Shown here in pieces: positions 21,099 to 30,670 of a DNA stretch of 64,000 nt; position 1 is the first letter of the stretch, and the number at the start of each line of letters is the position of its first letter. This DNA is from Candidatus Latescibacterota bacterium (GTDB lineage: Bacteria > Latescibacterota > CBDEFO01): the NCBI GenBank assembly GCA_965248755.1, contig OZ252149.1, forward strand, positions 1,632,001 to 1,696,000, in the 5' to 3' direction. The position numbers and the translations under genes are program-made. The notes below the pieces were generated by a model. It saw nothing but the letters and a program-made list of their open reading frames with translations, made no database searches and had not been told where the DNA came from.

Positions 21099-21129
21099 AC
21101 TCTATTCCCTTAAGATAATCGATAATTTC

Positions 21130-23073
21130 CTAATCTTGCCCTGTCTGGCGCGTGTAGGGCAGCAACCCTCCCGCCTTTAACATAGCCTTCTGACGTTCCG
21201 TCAGGTCCATGGTCACGTTGAAGCTAAAGTTTTTTGTCCTGTTCTCCACTGTCAAAGAGAGTTCGTCTACCCCTTTGTGTGTACTCAGCACAGCCAGTTC
21301 GTCATCCTGGTCGATCTTGTCGTAATCGGACGGATTCTGAAAGACGAGGGGCAAGAGTCCGAAGTTGACCAGATTGGCGTGGTGTATTCGCGCAAACGAC
21401 TTGGCAATGACGCCCTTAATACCCAGATACATAGGAGCTAATGCGGCGTGCTCGCGGGATGATCCCTGACCATAGTTGTCCCCTCCTACTATGAAGCCTC
21501 CGCCCTTCTCCACCGTCCTTTTGCTGAACTCCGGGTCGAGGCGATGATAGACAAATTCGCTGATTTTGGGTATATTCGAACGATACGCCAGTATGTCCGA
21601 ACTTGCTGGCATGATGTGATCGGTGCTGATGTCGTCCCCCACTTTGATCAGTGCTTCACCTGTAAGATTCTCCTCAAGCGGAGCTTTCGGCGGCGCGGGG
21701 ACGATGTTTTCGCCCCGTTCCACGGTCAAGCTCTCCGCCTTCTCAGCGGAAACAGGAGGGATCAAATTGGGATTATTTTGATCTATGCGAGAGGGCAGTT
21801 CCGCGGCAGGAGCGGATACGTCCAGATCCCGAGGGTCGGTGAGCACGCCCCGGATCGCCGTAGCCGCGGCGGTCTCCGAGCTGGATAGATATACCTGGTC
21901 TTCGTTAAGTCCACTTCTTCCTTTGAAGTTCCGGTTGGCAGCCCTCAGGCTCTTTGTCCCTGGCGCCGGCACGTGACCGGTGCCTATGCACGCTCCGCAC
22001 GTAGCCTCAGCTACGTTGACACCGGCTGTTATAAGGTCTGTGAGGAGACCCTCCCTGGCTAACAACTCCAGGGCCGAGCGGCTACTGGGATGCACAAAGA
22101 ATGTAACTTCGGGATGAACCTTCTGGCCGCGCATGATCTTGGCCACAGCCTGAAGGTCTGTGTACGACCCGTTCGTGCAGCTCCCCACCATGACCTGCTC
22201 TATTTTAATGCCTTTCACTTCGCGGACAGGAACTACCGTGTCCGGCAGGCTCGGAAGGGCTACTAAAGGTTCGATCCGGGAGAGATCCAGTTCGATAGTT
22301 TCATCATACTCGGAGTCCGGGTCGGGCAGCGCCTCTCGCCAGTCCTCCTCCCGCCCCAAGCGGCGGAAGAACTCCAATGTGATCTCGTCACTTGGGAAGA
22401 TGCCCGTTGTAGCCCCTAACTCGGTACACATATTGGTGATGGTGACGCGCTGTTGGGCGTTGAGGGTCTCGATTCCGGGTCCTGTAAACTCAAAGATCTT
22501 GCCGTATCCGCCGCGAACCGAGAGACGACGCAGAAGTTCCAATATCACATCCTTGGCTGTACACCACGGCTGAAGTTCTCCCGTAAGATAGACGTTGACC
22601 ACCTCCGGCATGGTGATATGGTAGGGGCCTCCGCCCATAGCCACCGCCACATCCAGACCTCCCGCTCCGATAGCCATCATCCCTATCCCGCCCAAGTGAG
22701 GCGTGTGGCTGTCCGCGCCCAGGGCTGTCTCCCCCGGAACTGCGAAGTGCTCCAGATGTATCTGATGTCCGATGCCTGACGCCGGCTTGGCAAACCATGC
22801 CCCGTACTTCCGGCAGGCACTCTGCAGATAGAGGTGATCCTCCATGTTCTCCGGTTTTACCTGCAGCACATTGTGATCGGCAAAGCAAACGGCCACCTTA
22901 CAGCGCACCCTTTCAAGGCCCATAGCCTCAAAGTGCAGAACCGCCTGAGTCCCTGTAAGGTCCTGTATAAGTACCTGGTCTATGCCAATAGCGATCTCCT
23001 CGCCGGGATTCAGTTCCCCGGAGACCAGGTGTTCATTTAGAATCTTCTTTGTCAAGTTTAGGTTTAGGCCCAT
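21130..23073 (-). CDS. Aconitate hydratase (short, ~650-aa type)
   Basis: DHN, GADSHT, GSCTNGS, CGACIG, NRNFKGRSG, ISTDHIMPA, YGQGSSREHAA. Confidence 0.92.
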   Translation of the reverse strand: MGLNLNLTKKILNEHLVSGELNPGEEIAIGIDQVLIQDLTGTQAVLHFEAMGLERVRCKVAVCFADHNVLQVKPENMEDHLYLQSACRKYGAWFAKPASGIGHQIHLEHFAVPGETALGADSHTPHLGGIGMMAIGAGGLDVAVAMGGGPYHITMPEVVNVYLTGELQPWCTAKDVILELLRRLSVRGGYGKIFEFTGPGIETLNAQQRVTITNMCTELGATTGIFPSDEITLEFFRRLGREEDWREALPDPDSEYDETIELDLSRIEPLVALPSLPDTVVPVREVKGIKIEQVMVGSCTNGSYTDLQAVAKIMRGQKVHPEVTFFVHPSSRSALELLAREGLLTDLITAGVNVAEATCGACIGTGHVPAPGTKSLRAANRNFKGRSGLNEDQVYLSSSETAAATAIRGVLTDPRDLDVSAPAAELPSRIDQNNPNLIPPVSAEKAESLTVERGENIVPAPPKAPLEENLTGEALIKVGDDISTDHIMPASSDILAYRSNIPKISEFVYHRLDPEFSKRTVEKGGGFIVGGDNYGQGSSREHAALAPMYLGIKGVIAKSFARIHHANLVNFGLLPLVFQNPSDYDKIDQDDELAVLSTHKGVDELSLTVENRTKNFSFNVTMDLTERQKAMLKAGGLLPYTRQTGQD

Positions 23074-23309
23074 ATTTTCTCCTTAAAAGGCGAACACGTG
23101 GGGAAAGCGCCTATCTATATAGAATGGATAAATCGGTCAGACAAAAATGTCTGACCCACCAGATTTAGTACTTATACAATTTTTTGTTGATAGGCCGAAA
23201 TGTCAGGCAGGAATATCTGACTCACCACAGACAGGTTCTCCACCACATTCATCTGTCGTAGGGATCTCCCCCCGTGTATCTGCCCTGAAAATTGCTCACC
23301 ACAAGCTCT

Positions 23310-24971
23310 CTACTGGAAACACACGCCCGACGGACACTCTCTCTTTGTAATATGATCGTAGACCTCATCCTTGAAATATTTAAGCACAGACAAAACAGGG
23401 TAGGGGGCAGCCTGTCCCAATCCACAGATGGACGTAAGCTGCATAGCCTCCGAGAGCTCCAGGATAGGATCTAAATCCTGCTCTGTACCATCTCCTCTGC
23501 TTGTGCCCTCCAATATATCCACTAGCTTCTGCGATCCTACCCTGCAGGGCACGCACTTGCCGCAGGACTCGTTTCTAAAGAACTTTATCACATTCTTTGC
23601 CAGATCCAGCATACACGTCCCATCTGCCACAGCCACGACAGCACCTGAGCCGAGCATCGAACCTGCGTCTGCAAGGGCTTTGAAATCCAGCGCCACGTCA
23701 GCCATCTGGCCAGGCAGAAATCCGGACGAGGCCCCTCCGGGAGCGAACGCCTTCAGCTTACTATTTCCTACCATTCCACTTCCGTATTTGCAAATAAAGT
23801 CCCCGGCAGAGATGCCCAGGGGAACCTCATAGACCCCGGGGTTCCTCACGTGACCGCTCAGAGCCAGAAATTTAAGGCCGTCCGACCCGTTGGCACCACA
23901 GTCTTTGAACCATTGGGAGCCTTTGATCAGTATCCCCGGCACGAAGGCGAAGGTCTCCACGTTGTTGATGAGCGTCGGCTTTCCCCAGAGCCCGAAACTT
24001 CCCGGAAATGGAGGTTTATTCCTCGGCTCCGCCCTCTTGCCCTCCATCGCCTCCAACAGAGCCGTCTCCTCACCGCATATATAGCCTCCCGGACTCTCAA
24101 ATATGCTTATGTTAAAGTCGAACCCGGAGTCCAGAATATCCCTGCCTATCAGGCCTTGACCTCGACAATCCCTTATTGCTCTTTCCAGAATCTCTCTTTG
24201 TCTATTGTACTCATGCCGGATGAATATATAGCCTTCGTCGGAGCCTACAACGAATCCTCCGATTATCATGCCCTCTATCATCAGGTCGGGGAGCGTCTCC
24301 ATTAAGACCCTGTCCTTGCAGGTGCCCGGTTCGCTCTCGTCTGCGTTGCAGATTACGTATTTCTTGTCGCTTTTTTCCTTACCCACGATCTCCCACTTTA
24401 AGCCCGTGGGGAATCCGGCTCCGCCCATGCCCAGAAGGCCACTCTCCTTGAGCACCTGGATGCATCTTTGTGATTCCCCGCTCTTGAGGAGTTCCTTCAG
24501 TGCCCTGAACGGCTCGGATCTCTTATAGGGATCGATTTTGAAATTCGACTCCCTTACCCGCATCGGCTGCCTTCGCGGAAGATCTCCAGATGATAGCTTC
24601 TGCATCAAGGATTTCAGCTTTTCCCCTGCAACTTTGTTGTAACTCCGGCCGTTGATGGATATGGCCGGAGCACCGTCGCACTGTCCCAGACACGATACTT
24701 CAGAGACAGAGGCTTTATTCTTGTCCAATTTTGAGACGGAACTTTTGGCCTCATCCATAACCCGGGACGCTCCCATTAGGTGGCAGGACATATCCGTGCA
24801 CACCTTCACCTCTATCTGCGGCGGAGGCTCCAGATGAAAGTGCGGATAGAAGCTTGCGACCCCGTGAATATCATAAAGGGGGATATGCTCCTGCTCGGAC
24901 AGAGAAGTAAGCTCGTCTTGCGGAAGGTAGCCGTGTGCCTCTTGTATCTCTTTAAGTTTGTCTATAAGCAT
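23310..24971 (-). CDS. NuoE/NuoF-fused NAD(P)H-dependent flavoprotein (probable FDH diaphorase subunit)
   Basis: VCTDMSC and CLGQCDGAP; GMGGAGFPTGLKW, CNADESEPG, YICGEETALL, ESCGKCVPCR; start at MLIDKLKE. Confidence 0.9.
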   Translation of the reverse strand: MLIDKLKEIQEAHGYLPQDELTSLSEQEHIPLYDIHGVASFYPHFHLEPPPQIEVKVCTDMSCHLMGASRVMDEAKSSVSKLDKNKASVSEVSCLGQCDGAPAISINGRSYNKVAGEKLKSLMQKLSSGDLPRRQPMRVRESNFKIDPYKRSEPFRALKELLKSGESQRCIQVLKESGLLGMGGAGFPTGLKWEIVGKEKSDKKYVICNADESEPGTCKDRVLMETLPDLMIEGMIIGGFVVGSDEGYIFIRHEYNRQREILERAIRDCRGQGLIGRDILDSGFDFNISIFESPGGYICGEETALLEAMEGKRAEPRNKPPFPGSFGLWGKPTLINNVETFAFVPGILIKGSQWFKDCGANGSDGLKFLALSGHVRNPGVYEVPLGISAGDFICKYGSGMVGNSKLKAFAPGGASSGFLPGQMADVALDFKALADAGSMLGSGAVVAVADGTCMLDLAKNVIKFFRNESCGKCVPCRVGSQKLVDILEGTSRGDGTEQDLDPILELSEAMQLTSICGLGQAAPYPVLSVLKYFKDEVYDHITKRECPSGVCFQ

Positions 24972-25258
24972 AAGTTTCCTGATTGAGAGCCGCAAGTCAT
25001 TAGAGATCACGATCTCGAAGATTTTGAAGATGAATATCAAGACCCACAAGACGTTGAAGATCAAGATCTACAAAGAATCAGAGACCAAGGTTAAGGCCTA
25101 CAGGAAGCAGGCTTAAGAACCACAGGAAATTGAAGATTAAGACCTCTAAAAAGTTAGCGTACAGTTAATTGGTTTTTCAAGATATCAGAGATCAAGAACT
25201 CCAAAGAGTCGGAGATCAAGGTCATATAGTATGCTGACATGCACAAATTGTGGCAATG

Positions 25259-25351
25259 ACGGAGCTTACGGAGCTTTATACTTAAACTTTTTCAAAAACA
25301 GAACACTTTTTTAAATAACAAAAGTTATAGGAAAACCTCCGTAAGCTCCGT
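25259..25351. repeat. 15-bp perfect inverted repeat around an AT-rich spacer
   Basis: ACGGAGCTTACGGAG (25259-25273) and CTCCGTAAGCTCCGT (25337-25351). Confidence 0.85.
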
Positions 25352-25417
25352 AACTATTCCTGGAACCAGGTAAACCTACTCCATAATACCAAGTTCTTCC
25401 GCGTCCATCGCTTCATC

Positions 25418-25795
25418 TTAGCGCTCTAACAGTTCGATCTCATAGCCGTCCGGATCATCTATGAACGCCATCTTGTGCTCGGTCTTGAATTTCTCCCGCC
25501 ATCCGTCGGGCCAGATCTCAATTCCTTTAGATTCTAACTCATCGCAAAGAGCGATAAGATCAGGCACGCCGATCGCTATGTGCATCAAGTCCTCCGGAAC
25601 GTTCACCTTGTAGTCCGCTGAATAGGTCAGTTCGAAGCCGTGGTCGTTGCCAGGCAACTCCAAGAAGGCGATCTGGTTGCCGTGAGGCGATCCGTGAGGC
25701 GGACTCTTGAGAACAAAACCTAAATTGTCGCAGTAGAACTTAATAGACCTATCAAGGTCGCTGACGCGAACCCTGGTATGCATAAAGACAGCCAT
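25418..25795 (-). CDS. VOC family protein (glyoxalase I-like)
   Basis: HTRVRVSDLDRSIKFY, HIAIGV, FIDDPDGYEIEL. Confidence 0.9.
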   Translation of the reverse strand: MAVFMHTRVRVSDLDRSIKFYCDNLGFVLKSPPHGSPHGNQIAFLELPGNDHGFELTYSADYKVNVPEDLMHIAIGVPDLIALCDELESKGIEIWPDGWREKFKTEHKMAFIDDPDGYEIELLER

Positions 25796-25967
25796 CTTGT
25801 ACTCCTTTCTCCATCTGTAAATTTAGGAATCTTTTCAACGAAAGCAAGGTCTGCCCTGAAATATGTCAGACAGGAATGTCTGACCCACCACTTTGTACAA
25901 AGAGTGTGTTGATAATATAGCTGGTAGAACAGACATTCTTGTCTGTTCCTCGAAATGTCAGAAAGGA

Positions 25968-27023
25968 TCAATCGAACCTGCGCAGGGAATCGCACGCCTC
26001 CAGACCGGCATTTTGTCCCGAGCCGAAGGCGCTTGCTATTAGATTCCTCGTCCCTGAGACTATGTCCCCCGCAGCAAACAGACCCCCGACCTTTCTCCCC
26101 TTTGAATCGAGCACCTGATTATCGTCGTCCACTATTAAGAGACCTTCCTCGTCCGTTCTTATATCCCATTTGTCTAAAAATTCAGCGTTTGCCACGAGTC
26201 CCTCATCTACGAAGAAACCGTCGAAGAAGAGTTCCTTTCCATTCTCCAATTTAAATCCCAGAAGGTCTGTCCCCTGCCCTATGTGCTTTTCTATTCTCTC
26301 CTCGATAATCGGAATGTTTCTCCCTTTCACCGTATCGAGCACTTCCTTTGACATCCCGTGAGGTCTTCCGTTTGTCAGTATCGTTATCTTATCTGTGAAA
26401 TCCTGAGCTCCCGCTGCGACATCGTAGATATAGTCGCCCGCACCCACGACAGCGATGTCCCTGTCCACGTGGAGGTGACCGTCGCAGCGGATGCACACGT
26501 GCCACCCTTTGCGATTTCCCGCATATCTAAAGACAGTACGATAGCGCTGGTACATCCTATCTGCCGTCTGGTCAACCTCGATATCGGGCCAAATATCCTC
26601 GAACCCCGAAGCCACAACTACCGTTCGACCGAAGAAGTTCTCGATCTGCAGTGGAGCACCTCCCTTGAAGGGAGACAGGGACGCTTCGATATCGAAGATG
26701 TCCTCCGATCTTGAGACCTCGAGGGCCCTTGCACCCTTAATTTCGATGCCCGCTTTCCTTTCAACCCCGGCTATCTGGACATCCCTGACGGGCCTCGATT
26801 CCATCCATTCCCGCAAAGCCTTTATAAAGTCGGGCCCTGTGATGCCGCTGAAGACAGGGACATCCTCGATCTTCACCGACTTCGACCAGTAGGCCCTCCC
26901 TTTGAGGCGGCTCACCTCTCTAGCATCCAAGACGAGGACGTGGCGCATCTGATGTGATGCGCTGATCGCCGCCTGCGCCCCTGCAGGACCTGCTCCTATT
27001 ACTACAACGTCGTATATCTCCAT
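25968..27023 (-). CDS. Thioredoxin-reductase-like NAD(P)/FAD oxidoreductase
   Basis: VIGAGPAG, CIRCDG, LFAAGD. Confidence 0.85.
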   Translation of the reverse strand: MEIYDVVVIGAGPAGAQAAISASHQMRHVLVLDAREVSRLKGRAYWSKSVKIEDVPVFSGITGPDFIKALREWMESRPVRDVQIAGVERKAGIEIKGARALEVSRSEDIFDIEASLSPFKGGAPLQIENFFGRTVVVASGFEDIWPDIEVDQTADRMYQRYRTVFRYAGNRKGWHVCIRCDGHLHVDRDIAVVGAGDYIYDVAAGAQDFTDKITILTNGRPHGMSKEVLDTVKGRNIPIIEERIEKHIGQGTDLLGFKLENGKELFFDGFFVDEGLVANAEFLDKWDIRTDEEGLLIVDDDNQVLDSKGRKVGGLFAAGDIVSGTRNLIASAFGSGQNAGLEACDSLRRFD

Positions 27024-27386
27024 TGTGATTGTTGTTGCTTCTTAATACATTCTTCTAAAATGTAGATGTGGTGTTACTGCACCCTCGGGTCGAGAAGTCC
27101 CCAACCCCCGATAGAGTCAATCGGGGGCTCAATCGGGGATCGCCCCTACGTATTCCCTGTTTTTACAGCAATATAAGCAAATTCTGAACGAAAGTCAAGC
27201 GCAGAACCGCCTTTCAGAGGCCTGTTTATTGTCTTCCGTGATTAGCTTTGCTGACCCCTCGCTTCACTCTGGGCTAAAGGCTCTGGGCTTCCGCCCGATA
27301 AATTCAATCGGGCATTCACCCCGAAGCAATCCCCGATACAGTCATTCGGGGACGCAATCTCGGAGGGGGGAAGGTGTACCCCCTCT

Positions 27387-28280
27387 CTACTTACTGAGCG
27401 CCTGCCGAACCATCTCGTCGAGGTCTTCCAACATCTGCTGCCAAGATTCCATGGCGTAATTAGGTCCAGGGGCAAATGGCGGCGTCTCAACGCACATCCC
27501 GTAACGGTAGTCGAGCTGGACGACTTTGCGGAAGAACTGGTTCCAGTCCACTAATCCGCGTCCGGGAGCAAGGTGAGAGTCCCTGTCTCCAGCGTTGTCG
27601 GCCAGGTGAAACTGACAAAGGCGCGGAGCCATTGCATCGAATAGTTCGTCCAATCGCTCAGGGCCGACCGAGATCAGAGCGTGGCCTGTGTCGAAGCAAA
27701 ACCCCAGGTTGGGGTGGTCAAACTCAGCAGCGAGTCGTTCGAAGTGCTCCGGACGCGAGCAGAATCTCCCGCCATCCTCCGGAGAGGGCATGTTTTCCAG
27801 TGCGATCTGAACCCCGCCGGATTCTGCCCTCGGAAGGAGTTCGTCCAGGCTCTTTCCGAGTTGACGAAGGAAAGGATCGAAGCCCTCAACGTCAACGCTC
27901 ATTTTGTGGAAGTCACCGCCCATTAAAATGCGGCTGGTTGTGGCATGCTGGATAGCTACTCGAATCTTCAGGGCAGGGATTAACTCCAGAAATTGACGTT
28001 TCCGGTCAACTGCATGGCGGCGTCCGGTCTCGTAAAAGTTGCTCAGATCGTCTTCGGCAGTGAACGGAAGGTGAAAGGAATCGATGCGGATTCCGGCGTC
28101 GGTATACTGCCGTTCCAGTTCCTCTAACTCCCCGAACCCCATCCCCTCAATCAGATAAGAAGGCATTTCAATACTATTGACACCCGCTGTCTGGCAAGTA
28201 GAAATTATTGTCTCGTGATCGCTGCCTACCATTCCAGCATGAAGAGACCAAAACCAGGGCCAATCCGAGTTCGTAGACAT
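27387..28280 (-). CDS. Sugar phosphate isomerase/epimerase (AP endonuclease 2 TIM barrel)
   Basis: IALENMP, CFDTGH, FHLADNAGDRDSHLAPGRG. Confidence 0.85.
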   Translation of the reverse strand: MSTNSDWPWFWSLHAGMVGSDHETIISTCQTAGVNSIEMPSYLIEGMGFGELEELERQYTDAGIRIDSFHLPFTAEDDLSNFYETGRRHAVDRKRQFLELIPALKIRVAIQHATTSRILMGGDFHKMSVDVEGFDPFLRQLGKSLDELLPRAESGGVQIALENMPSPEDGGRFCSRPEHFERLAAEFDHPNLGFCFDTGHALISVGPERLDELFDAMAPRLCQFHLADNAGDRDSHLAPGRGLVDWNQFFRKVVQLDYRYGMCVETPPFAPGPNYAMESWQQMLEDLDEMVRQALSK

Positions 28281-28359
28281 AGTGTGCCTCCCCTGCTACG
28301 TTATTGACTTTACTGCATATCCTCTACCTTGAGAGCTATCCAGTAAAGACGGTATAGCT

Positions 28360-29319
28360 TCATTCCTGCCTCAATCCGCTATCCTCAGCCTCCTGAAGGA
28401 CCTTCATGGTAGGCAGGACATCGTTAAGATTGGGACACGGTTCGCGATCCTCTTTGAGGGCGTTCAGGAACTCCCGGTTCTGAGTCTCAACCGCCGGAGC
28501 GTGCGCCTCCCCGATGTCACTTTCCTCTTTGCCATCAATCAGAACGCGCGCTGAATTTTCCACGACTATCGTAGCCTTATCGGTGAAAAAGACGTAATCA
28601 TTAATCTCCTGGGGAGAATTGAAGGACTCAGTCACAGTCAGGATAGCCGCGTCCTCCGTTCGCATCAGGATGACCGAGTCCAGAGCCTCCCGGCCGGGCG
28701 GCTCGACGAACCCCTTCACTTCGGCTACCTCTTTCCCGGTCATCCACAGCAGTAAATCGACTTCGTGACTGCCGTGATGCCAATGAGAGCTGTCCAGCCA
28801 GTGGCGCTTGCGGCCCTTCCAGCTTACTCCCTCGTCTCTGCGCAGACGACAGCGGCGTGCCTGGACCATGTGCACGCGACCGAACTCCCCGGACAGTATG
28901 CGCTCTCGAAGGTTCAGCATGGTCGGCGTGAAGCGGAATGTGTGGCAAACCAATACCCGTCTCTTAGCACTCTGTGCCCTCCGGGCTAAGTCCGCTGTCT
29001 CCTGATAGCTCATCGCTGCCGGGACCTCTAACAAGACGTGCTTGCCCGCAGACAGCGCATCCCGCGTCATCTGATAGTGCAGACGGTTGGGAGTGGTAAC
29101 CACCATCACCGGACTCTCGTCCTCTTTTAAGGCCTCAGCGTAGTCAAACGTATATCTGGCAAATCCGTACTCTTCGGCAAAATCAGCGGTCTCTTGGGGC
29201 CTCCTTCCCACCAACGTGCCGAATGAGATTCCGCCTATCTTTTTGAAGGCTATGACGTGCTCTTCTGCGATGGAGCCGTAGCCTGCCATAGATACCTTGA
29301 GCGTTTGATCGGATGACAT
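28360..29319 (-). CDS. Gfo/Idh/MocA family oxidoreductase
   Basis: GYGSIAEEH, TTPNRLH, GKHVLLEVP, HHGSHEVD. Confidence 0.88.
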   Translation of the reverse strand: MSSDQTLKVSMAGYGSIAEEHVIAFKKIGGISFGTLVGRRPQETADFAEEYGFARYTFDYAEALKEDESPVMVVTTPNRLHYQMTRDALSAGKHVLLEVPAAMSYQETADLARRAQSAKRRVLVCHTFRFTPTMLNLRERILSGEFGRVHMVQARRCRLRRDEGVSWKGRKRHWLDSSHWHHGSHEVDLLLWMTGKEVAEVKGFVEPPGREALDSVILMRTEDAAILTVTESFNSPQEINDYVFFTDKATIVVENSARVLIDGKEESDIGEAHAPAVETQNREFLNALKEDREPCPNLNDVLPTMKVLQEAEDSGLRQE

Positions 29320-29547
29320 CTATTTCTCCTTGAAAATCTGGTCTGAAAATGTTCAGATTCGTCCCCCCCACGGGAGAGAGAGGCTTTAAGTCTGAAAGGT
29401 GGTAGATATGCCTATTGTTAATTCCTTATCGAAGACGGAAAATTCTCTGCGTAAAATCTCTATGAGCGATTTACTCTTGACCTTATAGTTTTGATCCTCC
29501 ACATTTTCATCGTCAACAATAAATCGTAAACCTATTCCCATCGGAAA

Positions 29548-30063
29548 TTATCCCAAGTGGAAGGCTTCTCTATTCTTATTCCAATCAATTAACAACTCAC
29601 ATTCTCTCAATTGCAGATAAATCGGGAATAAATAGAAGAAATCCTGACGGTGACCTCCCAAGACTCTCTTCACGATTCCATCCTTTACTTCGGTGAACGT
29701 GGTTAACATTTCTTCTAATTTTATTATCCTACCTGAGTAATCTATGTATGCATTCTTTATTGGAAGCTCTTCCTTATCACGTGTTATTGCAACAATCCTC
29801 AAAATTGAGTTTTTATTGAGATTAGTATATTCCGCCAGATTTGCAGGCAGTGCATTATCAAAGCCTGCATATCTCGCAGACTCAGCACGCAAATTATCTA
29901 ACAATTCAGCGTATTCTATGATTTTTCTTTCAAGAATTAACGAATCTGTTCGTCTGTAGGTCCATTCTATTTTTTTAGTCCAACGCCTTACATGTGAATG
30001 GTTCGCACAATTAAAATGAGGTGCAATTACAATCAATATCAGAAATAATACCCGTTTTGACAT
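29548..30063 (-). CDS. Hypothetical AT-rich exported protein, possibly truncated by a nonsense codon
   Basis: GGAGG RBS, hydrophobic N-terminus; the same frame stays open after the TAA until 29386. Confidence 0.55.
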   Translation of the reverse strand: MSKRVLFLILIVIAPHFNCANHSHVRRWTKKIEWTYRRTDSLILERKIIEYAELLDNLRAESARYAGFDNALPANLAEYTNLNKNSILRIVAITRDKEELPIKNAYIDYSGRIIKLEEMLTTFTEVKDGIVKRVLGGHRQDFFYLFPIYLQLRECELLIDWNKNREAFHLG

Positions 30064-30242
30064 AACAGGTAACCTCCTAAATAAAATCTGTCGTAGAACC
30101 TATTTACACAGCATCGCGGATATACATCATATAAACTAAAGACGGAAAATCAGCCAAATTAAGCTCTTGAGCTCTGTAAGAGAATTTGTTATAATTATGC
30201 ATACCGATAGAGACTTGCAGGACAAAACCGAGGAGGTTGCAG

Positions 30243-30533
30243 ATGCCAAAGTTAGAAAAGCTCACCGATAAAGAGATAGAGGAACAGTTATCAGGTCTTG
30301 AGGGCTGGGAGATCGTCGAGGGAAAGCTCCACAAGACCTTCCAGTTCGGGTCGTTCGTAGAGGCATTCGGGTTTATGGCAAGTGTCGCACTTGTGGCAGA
30401 ATCCCTGAACCATCATCCGGAGTGGTTCAATGTCTACAATAGAGTAACGATAGATCTAGTCACCCACGACGTGGACGGGATCAGCCAGAACGATTTCGAG
30501 TTTGCCGCAAGGGTCCAAGAGATAGCGGGGTAG
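30243..30533 (+). CDS. phhB: Pterin-4-alpha-carbinolamine dehydratase
   Basis: HHPEWFNVYNRVTIDLVTHD motif; GAGGAGG RBS. Confidence 0.92.
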   Translation: MPKLEKLTDKEIEEQLSGLEGWEIVEGKLHKTFQFGSFVEAFGFMASVALVAESLNHHPEWFNVYNRVTIDLVTHDVDGISQNDFEFAARVQEIAG

Positions 30534-30670
30534 CGTGGGCTTTCGGTCTTTTCGCTCATACAGCAGCGCGTGAAGTCCGGTCTGCATCTTTGGGGTATGT
30601 CCACTGTATACCCGATCGAGGGATGGACTTCCTCTCGTCCTGTGTTACCTATCATCTTTAAGTTTCATGT

